Shown: piece after piece, positions 9,811-19,784 of the stretch
Layout of the letters: every line of letters begins with the position of its first letter
Numbering within the stretch: the first letter of the stretch is position 1
Origin: an uncultured Gemmatimonadaceae bacterium
GTDB taxonomy: Bacteria > Gemmatimonadota > Gemmatimonadetes > Gemmatimonadales > Gemmatimonadaceae
Direction: 5' to 3'
DNA: 64,000 bases
NCBI GenBank assembly: GCA_963817955.1
Contig: CAWFQK010000004.1
Coordinates: forward strand, 1,568,001-1,632,000
Program-made: the position numbers and the translations under genes
Notes under the pieces: generated by a model
What the model was told of the DNA's origin: nothing
The model's database searches: none
The model's input: only the letters and a program-made list of their open reading frames with translations

Positions 9811-12210
9811 CTAATCCGCCGCCAGAGTGATCGCCGGATCCACGCTCGCGGCGCGGCGCGCCGGACCGAGGCAGGCGAGGATTGCCACGGCCACGAGCAG
9901 TGCAGCGCTCACGCCAAGTGTCACGGGGTCGAAGGCCGACACACCTACGATCATCCCGTGCATGGCACGCGTCGCGAGGATGGCTCCGGCAATACCGATC
10001 ACGGTGCCCGCCGCGGCGAGCGACAAGCCTTCGCGCACCACCGCCGACACGATCTGGTGCCGCGCCGCACCGAGTGCGATGCGGATACCGATCTCACGCG
10101 TGCGGCGTGACACGCGGTACGCAAAGAGCCCGTACGTGCCGATCGCGGCGAGCAGCAGCGCCGCCATGCCGAACGAGACGAGCAATAACATCTGAAATCT
10201 CGGGGTCTTGAGCTTGCGGCCCATCAGCTCCGGCATCGTATTCACGTTCGATGCTTGGAGATCGGGATCGATCGCGCGTAAACGTGCCCGCACGTCGGAC
10301 ATGACTGTTGCCGGGGGCACCGCGGTCCGAAGCACGAAATAGGTGAAGCCTCGCGGTGCCTGTCGGTTGGACCAATAGATCTGGGGCTGCACACGCTGCC
10401 CGGGAGTGACCGCGGCGATGTCGCGTACCACGCCGACCACTTGCACGCGATACCGGTCCTGGAACAGCGACAATTCCTTGCCAATCGGTGTATCGCCGGG
10501 CCAGAACTGCTTCGCCAACGACTCGTTGACCAGCGCCACGCGTGGTGCACTCAGACGATCCGTCGCCTGCAGCGGCCGGCCCTGCACCAACGGTACGCCA
10601 AGCGTCGCGAAGAAAGACGGACTGACGTCATACCACCACGCGGCTGCACGTACACCCCCGCCGCGCGATTCGAAATGCACTTCGTCTGTCTCGACGCCTC
10701 CGAACAGGGGGCCGCCGGAAGCAGAACCCACGGCACGGACGCCAGGCAGCGCCGCGAGCTCCATCTCAACGCGGTCCCACAGCGCGGCAATCTTCTCTTC
10801 TCCAGCATACTGCTCGGCGGGTGCGAACAGCGAAAAGGTCTGCACATGCTCGCGTTCGAAGCCGGGATTCCACGCCGTGATCGCTGCAAAGGATCGCGTC
10901 AACAGACCCGCGCCGGCCACGAGAACGAGCGCCAACGCGAGCTCACCGATCACGAGCAAGCGACCGAGTACGCTCGATCCCATCGCCATGCCCCGTCCAC
11001 CTTCGCGCAGCGATTCCGCCAAATCCGTGCGTGCCGCACGAAGCGCGGGAGCGAGACCGAAGAGCACGGTCGTCACGACCGCCAATGCCAGCGCGAAGAA
11101 CAGCACCCGTGCATCGATCGTCACGTCCGAAATGCGCGGAATGCTCGGTGGTGCGAGTGCCTTGAACGCGGCAGTTCCCCACACCGCGATCAGCACGCCA
11201 AACGACGTCCCGGCCAGTGATAGCACGAAGCTTTCGACGAGCAGCGCACGCACGATGCGCCAACGACTTGCGCCGAGCGCCGAGCGCAGCGCCATTTCTC
11301 GCGCCCGCACGCCTGCGCGGGCGAGCAACAGATTGGCGACATTGGCACACCCGATGAGCAGGATGAGTGAGACCGCGCCGAGGAAGAACAGCAAGATTGG
11401 CTTGGCGCTCCCCACCACCAGGTCCTGCAACGATTCCATCTGGAGATCCCATCCCGCGGTCTTCGTAAAGTGCTCACGCCGCAGCTGTCCGGCGATGCCG
11501 GTGAGCTCCGCCTGAGCCGTGGCGAGCGACACGCCAGGACGTAGCCTTGCGTAGGCAACGAAACCGCGCCATTCGCGGTGCTCCTCGTCCCGCGGATTGA
11601 TGTGCAGTGGCCGCCAGAGCTGGATGTCGTCATACTTCGGAAGCTGGAATCCGGCGGGGAGAACGCCGATGATCGTGACGGGCTTGCCGTCGAGAACGAT
11701 CACGCGACCGACGACGTCGCGCGCGCTGCCGAAGCGGGCTTGCCACATCTCGTACGACAGTAGTACGACGTCGCTCTCTCGCCCTAGCATGTCCGACTCG
11801 CCGATCAGGCGGCCGAGCTCGGGGCGGACACCAAGCGCGCGAAACAGCCCAGGAGTGGCGATGCCGCCATTCACAGCTTGTGCCCCCTCGACCGTCGCGA
11901 GATGATACGGCCATGACCGGCCTATCCCGATGGCCTCGATGGTGTGGGAGCGCGCGGCGAGATCTTCGACATTCGGCGGCGAGATGCTGCACCAATCTTT
12001 CGTTGCTGCCGGATGCTCCTCACAGATCGTGATCAGCCGCTCGGCGTTCGGAAAGGCCAGCGGCCGGAGCACGATGCCGTTGACGACGCCATAGATGGCC
12101 GTCGTGACCCCGATGCCGAGGGCCAGCGTGAGAACGGCAGTGATGCTGAACGCGGGCTGCGCCAGCAAACTGCGCAGAGCGTATCGAACATCCGCGAGAA
12201 GATTGTGCAT
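9811..12210 (-). CDS. ABC transporter permease, duplicated MacB/FtsX (ADOP-type)
   Basis: DVRYALRSL..PAFSITAVLTLALGIG, LLIGCANVANLLLAR, RTREIGIRIALGA, PARRAASVDP. Confidence 0.93.
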   Translation of the reverse strand: MHNLLADVRYALRSLLAQPAFSITAVLTLALGIGVTTAIYGVVNGIVLRPLAFPNAERLITICEEHPAATKDWCSISPPNVEDLAARSHTIEAIGIGRSWPYHLATVEGAQAVNGGIATPGLFRALGVRPELGRLIGESDMLGRESDVVLLSYEMWQARFGSARDVVGRVIVLDGKPVTIIGVLPAGFQLPKYDDIQLWRPLHINPRDEEHREWRGFVAYARLRPGVSLATAQAELTGIAGQLRREHFTKTAGWDLQMESLQDLVVGSAKPILLFFLGAVSLILLIGCANVANLLLARAGVRAREMALRSALGASRWRIVRALLVESFVLSLAGTSFGVLIAVWGTAAFKALAPPSIPRISDVTIDARVLFFALALAVVTTVLFGLAPALRAARTDLAESLREGGRGMAMGSSVLGRLLVIGELALALVLVAGAGLLTRSFAAITAWNPGFEREHVQTFSLFAPAEQYAGEEKIAALWDRVEMELAALPGVRAVGSASGGPLFGGVETDEVHFESRGGGVRAAAWWYDVSPSFFATLGVPLVQGRPLQATDRLSAPRVALVNESLAKQFWPGDTPIGKELSLFQDRYRVQVVGVVRDIAAVTPGQRVQPQIYWSNRQAPRGFTYFVLRTAVPPATVMSDVRARLRAIDPDLQASNVNTMPELMGRKLKTPRFQMLLLVSFGMAALLLAAIGTYGLFAYRVSRRTREIGIRIALGAARHQIVSAVVREGLSLAAAGTVIGIAGAILATRAMHGMIVGVSAFDPVTLGVSAALLVAVAILACLGPARRAASVDPAITLAAD

Positions 12211-12447
12211 GACCCAATGTGCTCCAGCGCGCGGAGGGAAGTCAGCGCGCAATCAGGGGAACGACCACTAGCTTTCATTGTTGGATATGGCAAATTCCAG
12301 ACGCGTTCATTCCGCGGACACCGCGCGCATCGCGTTGCTATGTCGACACTTGCGCCTTCCAAGGTTCCGGTTGCTGAATGGCGGGTGTTCGATACTGGGA
12401 CTTCGTGTCCGATATCGGTCTCTTTCAAATCACTGGAAGGCCGCGTC

Positions 12448-12837
12448 ATGACCAACACTCCTGCCATTATTTTCCGCCGCTTCGCCGTCGCCCTGCTCGT
12501 GACCGGCGCGTTCGCCTGCGGCCATTTCCATCCGGGGGCCGACACTCCGGCGCGGGCTCGCATTTTTTTCTCGAACGAATCGCTCGATGAGGCTGCCGTC
12601 TACGCTGTGCGCTCGGGCGGGGATGGGATCCGGATCGGCACGGTGTTCCCTGGCCATACCGATACGCTCGTCGTGCCGGCGGACATCGCGAACGCAGGCG
12701 CGACGGTGAACCTCGTGGCGCGGATCCTGGCACATTCCTTCGCCCCTCAGAGTGGCCCGATCGTGATCCACGCGGGCGACGAGTTCGTCGTCCGGCTGCC
12801 TGCAGACCAACGGGTGCTCGTCGTACTGCCGCCCTGA
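12448..12837 (+). CDS. Hypothetical lipoprotein
   Basis: Signal with AFAC lipobox; beta-rich mature region. Confidence 0.7.
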   Translation: MTNTPAIIFRRFAVALLVTGAFACGHFHPGADTPARARIFFSNESLDEAAVYAVRSGGDGIRIGTVFPGHTDTLVVPADIANAGATVNLVARILAHSFAPQSGPIVIHAGDEFVVRLPADQRVLVVLPP

Positions 12838-12918
12838 TCGGTCCTCATCACTGTCCACGCGCCGCCGATCGGCACGCACGGTGCAGGTTGTAGGATGGGA
12901 GATTACGGGAGGAACACG

Positions 12919-13119
12919 ATGAGCGCGGATCGCGACGATAAACTCAACCGCAAGCGCCGCAGTACGGATAAGGCCGCAGGCACAGGCAAGCGCGCGAAGA
13001 AGAAGGCCAAAGCACCGAACCCGCCACGCACGACGACCGGCCGATGGCTCACGACGCCAAAGTTCGGTTCGGCCGGGAGTGGCGGCCTGGAGTTAGAGCC
13101 CGGTCCCGAGCGCGACTGA
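12919..13119 (+). CDS. Small basic hypothetical protein
   Basis: GGAGG RBS; 66 aa with Lys/Arg-rich N-terminus and C-terminal NPP..TTG...PKFGSAGSGG.E.EPGPE. Confidence 0.55.
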   Translation: MSADRDDKLNRKRRSTDKAAGTGKRAKKKAKAPNPPRTTTGRWLTTPKFGSAGSGGLELEPGPERD

Positions 13120-14094
13120 GGCAGCCTCGAAGGCCGCAACGGCAACGTCGTGAATCGGCACGGCGATGCCGTGCTCGCACGCCATGCGGACGACGGTGCC
13201 GGCGAGCAGGTCGAGTTCCGTCTGGCCTCCGCGCTCGAGATCGAGGAGGAAGCTCGGTTTCACGTGCGGCTGCACGGCCAGCAGATTGCGCCACACGCCC
13301 TCGCGATCGTCGTCGGTGAGCGGCTTACCGACCGCGCGACTCACGGCGATGATCTCGTCGAGCGCGCCGCCGAGCAGCGCGCGTCCGCGCGCGCTCTGCT
13401 GGAGGGGACCGATCGGCGCACGCGCGAGTCCGCAGCCGATCGTGATCGGCACGATGAACGCAAATTTGCGCCACAAGTCCCGCGCGATGTCGTCGCTCAG
13501 CGTTGCGTTCGTTCCGCATACTCGCAACGCGTTCACGAACGGGCGAAGGACTTCGTTCGTGCGGCCGGCAAAATCACCGACGATGACGACGTCGGCGGGA
13601 CTCTTGCGCTCGACGACGCCGGGTGCAGTCCGCACGACACTGATCGCCGCCAATCCACCGGCAATGCGTGCCGGTAACACGCCGAGTGCTTCCAATCGCT
13701 CTGCGACGTCAGCGCCATTGAGCAATGGAACGATCGTCGCACCGTGCTGCGCAGCACCGGCCAATGCGTCGCCGACGTCGGGCAGCGAATAGCCCTTCAC
13801 GGCGACGATCACGAGGTCGCGGTCATTGAGGCGCGCCGGGTCGTCCGTCGCCGTCGGATGCGTGATGACAGAGCGGTCGGAGGTTCGCAACTCGAGGCCG
13901 CGCGTACGTACGACATCGAGATGCGCTCCGCGCGTAAGCAGCACCACGTCGTGTCCTCCGGCGGCAAGGAGCGCCGCGTAGTAGCTGCCAATGGCGCCGC
14001 CGCCGACGACGCCGAGCGGCAAACGCCGCTGGCCCTGCAACTGCTGAAGCAGTTCCTCCGGCCTAGGGCCGGTCGCAAAAACAGAGATAGACAT
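13093..14094 (-). CDS. panE: 2-dehydropantoate 2-reductase (ketopantoate reductase)
   Basis: GVVGGGAIGSYY, VAVKGY, LLNG, LWRKF, KPSFLLDLERG..TELD. Confidence 0.85.
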   Translation of the reverse strand: MSISVFATGPRPEELLQQLQGQRRLPLGVVGGGAIGSYYAALLAAGGHDVVLLTRGAHLDVVRTRGLELRTSDRSVITHPTATDDPARLNDRDLVIVAVKGYSLPDVGDALAGAAQHGATIVPLLNGADVAERLEALGVLPARIAGGLAAISVVRTAPGVVERKSPADVVIVGDFAGRTNEVLRPFVNALRVCGTNATLSDDIARDLWRKFAFIVPITIGCGLARAPIGPLQQSARGRALLGGALDEIIAVSRAVGKPLTDDDREGVWRNLLAVQPHVKPSFLLDLERGGQTELDLLAGTVVRMACEHGIAVPIHDVAVAAFEAASVALGTGL

Positions 14095-14130
14095 GGGGAG
14101 GGTGAGGCCGGAGGGCAAAGACGAGCAACG

Positions 14131-14180
14131 AGTACCGAGTACCTACTACCGACTACTGAGCACTGAGCACTGAGCACTGA
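14131..14180. repeat. Heptamer tandem array (CTGAGCA and variants)
   Basis: AGTACCG AGTACCT ACTACCG ACTACTG AGCACTG AGCACTG AGCACTG immediately 3' of the mmsA stop. Confidence 0.75.
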
Positions 14181-15641
14181 TTACGACATCCAGTTCACTC
14201 CGGCCTCGCGATTCCACTTCGTGGTCATCTTCTTGGCTTGTGTCCAGAACTCGATGGAGCCGTGCCCTGTAATATCGCCGACACCGAACTTGGACTCGTT
14301 CCAGCCGCCGAACGAGAACGGCTCGCGCGGCACCGGCACGCCAACGTTGACGCCAACCATGCCCGCGCCCGCATGCTCCATCACGTATCGCGCGACCGCT
14401 CCACTCTCGGTGAATACCGACGCGGCGTTGCCGTACGGCGATGCATTCTCAATCTCGAGGGCCCCGGATACGTCTGGCGCGCGAACGATGACGAGCACCG
14501 GCCCGAAAACTTCCTCCTGGGCGATGCGCATGGCGGGCGTGACATGGTCGATGATCGTCGGTCCGAGATAGTACCCGTTTTCCAGGCCCGGGACACGCGC
14601 GCCACGGCCATCGACGAGCACCTTGGCACCGGCCGCCTCTGCTTCCGCGATGTACCGCACGATGCGCTCCTTCGCCGCGGCCGAGATGACGGGCCCGATG
14701 TCCGTTCCCGGCACCATCGCCCGCGCGACCTCGCACATTCGCTCGATGATGTGATCGGTGTTCGACACGGCGACCATGACGGCCGCCGCCATGCACCGCT
14801 GGCCAGCGCAGCCAGACATGGACGCCACGATGTTCGTCGCCGCCATCTCGCGGTCGGCATCGGGCATGACGATGAGATGATTCTTGGCGCCACCGAGCGC
14901 GAGACATCGCTTGAGGTTCGACGTCGCGCGTCTGTACACGACTTTCGCGATCTTCGTCGAGCCGACGAAGCTGACGGCGGCAATGCCCGGGTGATCGCAG
15001 ATCGCTTCCACGGCCTCACGTCCGCCGTGGACCACCTGAAATACGCCGGGGGGCAATCCCGCTTCCCGCAGCAGGTCGGCAATGCGGCCGGCGCTGATCG
15101 GCACGATCTCCGACGGCTTCAGAATCATGCAGTTGCCCAACGCGATCGCGTTTGGAATCGTCCAGTTGGGCACCATGTTCGGGAAATTGAACGGTGCGAT
15201 CGACGCAACGACGCCGAGGGGAAAACGCTCCACGCGACACTCGACGCCGCGACTTACCTCGAGCACCTCGCCGGACGCGATCTGCGGCAGCGAACAGGCG
15301 AACTCCGTCAACTCGGCGGACTTCAGGACCTCGGCGCGTGCCTCGTTGGCGATCTTTCCGTTTTCCTCGGTGACCAGCGCGGCCAGTTCGTCGATGTGCT
15401 GCTCGAGGAGCGCTTTGTACCGATAGAACACCTGAACGCGTTCCTTGATCGGCGTCGTTGCCCAGCCGGGGAACGCGGCGCGCGCGGCCTGAACGGCAGC
15501 GTCCACCTCTCCCGCCTGTGACATGGGTACGCGGGAAATGACTTCACCGCTACTCGGATTGTAAACGTCCAGCGACGGCCGATCCGTCGCGGCGAAGTTG
15601 CCCGCGACGTAATTCTGAAGTTCCGCGTATTTCATGCGCAA
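14181..15641 (-). CDS. mmsA: CoA-acylating methylmalonate-semialdehyde dehydrogenase
   Basis: PFNFP, ILKPSE, SFVGST, LGGAKNH, GCAGQRCMA, EEVFGP, GVNVGVPVP. Confidence 0.9.
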   Translation of the reverse strand: MRMKYAELQNYVAGNFAATDRPSLDVYNPSSGEVISRVPMSQAGEVDAAVQAARAAFPGWATTPIKERVQVFYRYKALLEQHIDELAALVTEENGKIANEARAEVLKSAELTEFACSLPQIASGEVLEVSRGVECRVERFPLGVVASIAPFNFPNMVPNWTIPNAIALGNCMILKPSEIVPISAGRIADLLREAGLPPGVFQVVHGGREAVEAICDHPGIAAVSFVGSTKIAKVVYRRATSNLKRCLALGGAKNHLIVMPDADREMAATNIVASMSGCAGQRCMAAAVMVAVSNTDHIIERMCEVARAMVPGTDIGPVISAAAKERIVRYIAEAEAAGAKVLVDGRGARVPGLENGYYLGPTIIDHVTPAMRIAQEEVFGPVLVIVRAPDVSGALEIENASPYGNAASVFTESGAVARYVMEHAGAGMVGVNVGVPVPREPFSFGGWNESKFGVGDITGHGSIEFWTQAKKMTTKWNREAGVNWMS

Positions 15642-15691
15642 TCATGCGGAAGCCTCAGGTGTTCTGCAAGTATCCGATCGCGCTCAGTGGT

Positions 15692-16093
15692 TCACGGCTT
15701 CTCGCCACGATGCCCAATGGCCCATATGTATGCCGCGACGCGTTGCGCATCGGCGTCGCTGATGCCACCCGGGTGCGAGACCATGACCGTGCCTGTCACA
15801 CCATGTGTAACCACATAATAGATGGCGTCGTATTCGCCACCCTTGGCGTCCTTCCATTGATGCGGCTTGAGCGTCGGCGCTACCGGGCCGCCCTCGAGAT
15901 TCTGGCCGTGGCAGGCAAAGCAGGTGCCACGACCATGGAAGATGGCCCGGCCGGCGTTGATCATCTCTGGGGTGATGGCCCCGGTATCGGGCAGCGCGCG
16001 AGGCTGCGCCGCTTGCCCACCGGACGCGGACGGCCGCATCGTCGCCGCGGCAATCACCAACGCGGCAACGGCCGCAAACTTGAACGCGATCAT
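15692..16093 (-). CDS. Monoheme cytochrome c
   Basis: Signal peptide; CFACH; distal Met in GTVMVSHP. Confidence 0.88.
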   Translation of the reverse strand: MIAFKFAAVAALVIAAATMRPSASGGQAAQPRALPDTGAITPEMINAGRAIFHGRGTCFACHGQNLEGGPVAPTLKPHQWKDAKGGEYDAIYYVVTHGVTGTVMVSHPGGISDADAQRVAAYIWAIGHRGEKP

Positions 16094-16256
16094 TTGATCC
16101 CAGGGTTCAGGAATTCTTCGGCGTCACGCGCTCCTGCAGCACCATCCAAACCGTAGTCTGGCGCCGTTTGGGCGCGAAGTGTGCCGTTGCATCGGGTCAT
16201 GTCGACTATTGATACCCCGCAGACCAGCGACTTCCCTTCTTTATGGTGAGGGCAAC

Positions 16257-16718
16257 ATGAATGCCAAGCGCGCTGCCGCAGCAGGAGCGATCGGAACGGG
16301 CGTCTCCACGGCACTCTGGCTCATCGAGCCATCGGTGGGCCTTCCGCAGATCGCTGTCGGCCAACTGCTCAGCACGGCCATGTCAGTGAGCGTCGCCCAG
16401 TTCAATCCCGGCCCAGCCGGCGGCTGGGTCATCCACTTCGTCGTCGGTATTCTGCTGGCACTGCTCTACGCTGGAGTCTTCGCCAACCGCCTGCCGGGAA
16501 ATTCGGTGATCCGCGGAGCCGAGTACGGTGTTCTGGTGTTCATCGTCGCGCAGATTCTGTTCATGCCATTCGTGGGTGCCGGAATCTTTTCGCACGGCGA
16601 TGTCAGCTTGCTCGTTGGAAGCCTGCTGGGACACCTGGTGTACGGCGCGGTGGTCGGATGGATCTACGGGGAGATCGACTCACCCATGCAGTCGAGCCGT
16701 GTGCTTGGAGCGGTGTGA
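16257..16718 (+). CDS. Small multi-pass membrane protein of unknown function
   Basis: About four hydrophobic helices; GWVIHFVVG, LFMPFVGAG, SLLGHLVYG. Confidence 0.75.
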   Translation: MNAKRAAAAGAIGTGVSTALWLIEPSVGLPQIAVGQLLSTAMSVSVAQFNPGPAGGWVIHFVVGILLALLYAGVFANRLPGNSVIRGAEYGVLVFIVAQILFMPFVGAGIFSHGDVSLLVGSLLGHLVYGAVVGWIYGEIDSPMQSSRVLGAV

Positions 16719-16726
16719 GTTGTATG

Positions 16727-16935
16727 ACACGGGCGGGGGACACGGGACACGGGACACGGGACACGGGACACGGGACACGGGACACGGGACACGGGACACT
16801 CACAACGCATAACTCACAACTGGACACTCGAACCTCGCCGACCGGTGGGCCGATCGCTACGGAGCAGCCAGCGACATCCAGCCGGTCGATACCCGGAGTC
16901 CAGACCGCGCTGCGCCGGCCCGCGAGAGTGGCTCC
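16727..16935 (+). repeat. Dispersed repeat copy D
   Basis: About 9 perfect GGGACAC units, then CACAAC arm and conserved core. Confidence 0.92.
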
Positions 16936-16943
16936 TTACCGCG

Positions 16944-17327
16944 TCAGCAGGGTCCGCCCGTGCAGGCGAAATAGGCCTCAACGCAGCGCATGAACACCAA
17001 CGGGTACCATGCGGCGCACAACGGCGGCGTTTCCGCGGCAGCTTCCGCAGACACGGCCTCGGCAAGCGAGGGAGCCCGGCCGTCCAGGCCCGCGAAGACC
17101 GCCTTCAATGCGATCACGCAACGTTCCGGCATCTCCTCTCGCTGGCGGAACTCGCACGCAAACGTTGTCGCAGATGCCATCAACTCCGCCTCTGCCTCCA
17201 CTGACCGGTGCTCGCGCGCCGAACGGAGTGCTCGCACCAAACGCCCGGTTCCGCTGCGTTCCAGGGCGGTGGGGGGCACCAGGTGCGAACTGGCCAAAGC
17301 GAATTGGCAGGAGGGAGCGAGCATCAT
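16944..17327 (-). CDS. Hypothetical helical protein between repeat copies D and E
   Basis: PERCVIALKAVF...VFMRCVEAYF amphipathic helices; start uncertain. Confidence 0.55.
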   Translation of the reverse strand: MMLAPSCQFALASSHLVPPTALERSGTGRLVRALRSAREHRSVEAEAELMASATTFACEFRQREEMPERCVIALKAVFAGLDGRAPSLAEAVSAEAAAETPPLCAAWYPLVFMRCVEAYFACTGGPC

Positions 17328-17451
17328 GCCAAACACCATAGGCTATAGCGTAAATCCGCGAAGCGGGTCGTCCCCCCCGGCCATGTCAGAGAAAAAGCGA
17401 CAGGCAATGCTCACATTTCCGTGAACCGTTGACCGTTACATGGTGCGGCGT

Positions 17452-17629
17452 ATTCTGGACTCCGGGTTTTGACCGGCTGGGTGTCGCTGGCTGCTCCGTA
17501 GCGGTCGGCCCACCGGTCGGCGAGGTTCGAGTGTCCAGTTGTGAGTTGTGCGTTGTGAGTTTCTCGTGTCTCTGTCCTGTCTTTTCGTGTCTCGTGTCCC
17601 GTGTCCCGTGTCCCGTGTCCCGTGTCCCA
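17452..17629 (-). repeat. Dispersed repeat copy E
   Basis: Reverse-complement core and GGGACAC arm directly after the MBL gene stop. Confidence 0.92.
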
Positions 17630-17631
17630 CC

Positions 17632-19014
17632 TCAGAACGTGCACCGCGCTCCGCGCTCGGGAACGTTCACGTCGTAGCCGTCGCCGCGAAGGATCTCGGA
17701 AAATGCGTCCTGGGCGCGTGCTTCGCCGTGCACCAGATGCACCGGAAGCTTCCGATTGCTCGATCCGCGGACGAGGCTCAGCCATCGGTGTAGTTCACCG
17801 CGGTCGGCGTGCGCGCTGTAGCCGTTGAGCACCTCCACCCGAGCGCGAAGTGCCACTTCCTCTCCGTACACCTTGATGGTGGGGCGCCGCTCGACGATGC
17901 GCCGCCCGAGGGTGTGCTCGGCTTGAAAACCCACGATGAGGATGGTGTTCTTTGGATTGGAAGCGCCGTTCGCGAGGTGGTGCAGAATGCGGCCGGCCTC
18001 GGCCATGCCGGATGCCGCGATGATGATCATCGGCCCATGACGGTCGTTGAGCGCTTTCGACGCCGACGCGTCGCGCGCGAACTCAAGCCCCTCGAAATCG
18101 AACAAGTCGTCGACCGTGGTCACGAGCTCTTCGCGGCGATCGTACGCGTCGGGATTCATCGCGAATACCGCCGTTGCAGCGATCGCCAGCGGGCTATCGA
18201 CGACGATGGGAATGGCCGGGATAGCCTTCGCGCGGGTGAGCCGGTGCAAGTCGTACAGCAGCTCCTGCGTCCGGCCAACGGCGAACGCGGGGATCAGCAC
18301 ACGACCGCCAGCCGCCGCGGTCTCGCGAATGATGCGGCCGAGTTGGTCAGGAAGGTCGGCCACAGACGCATGATCGCGGTCGCCATACGTCGACTCCATG
18401 ATGACGACGTCGGCATCCTGCGGCGGGCGCGGATCGCGGATGATCGGCAGCCCCCATCGTCCGATGTCACCAGAATACACGAGTCTGCGGCTGACGCCAT
18501 TCTCGGTGCAATCGAGCACAATCGACGCAGACCCAAGAATGTGTCCCGCCTCGACGAAGGTGGCGCGGATGCCCGGCGCGACATCGAAGGGCTGGTCATA
18601 CGGAATGCCGGTCATGCGTTTCATCAAACGCGTCACGTCATCCTGATCATATAACGGACCGACGAACGAGCGTTTGCGGCGCGCCAGGTACTCCGCGTCC
18701 TTCTCCTGGATGTGCGCGGAGTCAGCGAGCATGATGGCACACAGGTCGCGCGTGGGCGGCGTTGCGTACACGGGACGTTCGAATCCGTATCGTGCGAGCA
18801 ACGGCAACCGGCCGGAGTGATCGATGTGCGCGTGCGACAGCAACACCGCGTTCACCTCGTTCGCCCGGAAGGGGATCTCCAGGTTGCGCGCATTGGACTC
18901 GGCGCGCCGCCCCTGATACATCCCGAAATCGAGTGCGACCGTCGAACTGCCGACGTGGATGAGATGGCACGAGCCGGTGACTTCGCGCGCCGCGCCTAGA
19001 AAGGTGATGTCCAT
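17632..19014 (-). CDS. MBL-fold beta-CASP metallo-hydrolase (RNA-processing family)
   Basis: GAAREVTGSCH, LSHAHIDHSG, AGHILGS, MESTYG, FAVGRTQ, GFQAEHTLGR, YSAHAD. Confidence 0.93.
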   Translation of the reverse strand: MDITFLGAAREVTGSCHLIHVGSSTVALDFGMYQGRRAESNARNLEIPFRANEVNAVLLSHAHIDHSGRLPLLARYGFERPVYATPPTRDLCAIMLADSAHIQEKDAEYLARRKRSFVGPLYDQDDVTRLMKRMTGIPYDQPFDVAPGIRATFVEAGHILGSASIVLDCTENGVSRRLVYSGDIGRWGLPIIRDPRPPQDADVVIMESTYGDRDHASVADLPDQLGRIIRETAAAGGRVLIPAFAVGRTQELLYDLHRLTRAKAIPAIPIVVDSPLAIAATAVFAMNPDAYDRREELVTTVDDLFDFEGLEFARDASASKALNDRHGPMIIIAASGMAEAGRILHHLANGASNPKNTILIVGFQAEHTLGRRIVERRPTIKVYGEEVALRARVEVLNGYSAHADRGELHRWLSLVRGSSNRKLPVHLVHGEARAQDAFSEILRGDGYDVNVPERGARCTF

Positions 19015-19030
19015 GGCTCAGAATGATAAA

Positions 19031-19094
19031 CGTGTCCCGTGTCCCGTGTCCCGTGTCTCGTGTCTCGTGTCTCATGTCCCGTGTCTCATGTCCC
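19031..19094 (-). repeat. G(G/A)GACAC heptamer array without core
   Basis: About 9 heptamers overlapping and following the AI-2E gene stop. Confidence 0.85.
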
Positions 19095-19784
19095 ACCATA
19101 CTCTTCTCGAAACGCGCGCAGCAGCTCGAACAGGTACGCGATGGCCAGCGGTCCGAGGAGGAGGCCCACCAGTCCGAAGTAGCGAAGGCCGGCAAAGGCA
19201 CCGACGAGCGTGATCATCGGGTGGATGTTCGAGACGCGCTTGTACACGAGTGGCAACAGGATCACGTTGTCGATGTTGCTCGCGATGACACCTCCGATCA
19301 CCGCCAGTACCGCCGCCGCGCCGTAGCGCCCCTGTCCGAGCAGCACCATCACGGCCGGCAGCCACACCAGGGCGCTTCCGAGGAACGAGAACAACTGCGC
19401 CGACAACCATGAGATGAGCATCCCGCTCGCTTTCGCGAGCTCCGCGCCCACCTGGACATCGCCGATGTGCAACTCGCCGACGCGCGCAAACACGGCGCTG
19501 TCCTGCACGCTACGCAGTGCATCCGGGGCTTGGCCGACGACCAGCACGATCAGCCAGGCGAGCGGCAGCGCGACGATGATGAGCGCCGCCACGAGCGTGA
19601 TTGAAGCCGCAATCCCCGGCCTGAGGATGCGCCCGAGCCACCGATATGGCTTCACGAGGATCACGTAGAGCACCCCCACGCCAAGCAATCCGCTCACGAA
19701 CGGCGTCAGGGTCAGTAGGATCGCCCCACCAAGAACCAGAATGAGCAAGCCGGCACGGTCGCGCGGTGTCTGCAGGAGTGTCAT
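19086..19784 (-). CDS. AI-2E (PurM/TqsA-like) family transporter, apparently with an internal in-frame deletion
   Basis: N-terminal PFVSGLLG..LYV...PY and C-terminal NIDN..P..IHPMITLVGAFAG..FGLVGLLLGP; only 232 aa; ATGA overlap with the ATPase stop. Confidence 0.8.
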   Translation of the reverse strand: MTLLQTPRDRAGLLILVLGGAILLTLTPFVSGLLGVGVLYVILVKPYRWLGRILRPGIAASITLVAALIIVALPLAWLIVLVVGQAPDALRSVQDSAVFARVGELHIGDVQVGAELAKASGMLISWLSAQLFSFLGSALVWLPAVMVLLGQGRYGAAAVLAVIGGVIASNIDNVILLPLVYKRVSNIHPMITLVGAFAGLRYFGLVGLLLGPLAIAYLFELLRAFREEYGGT

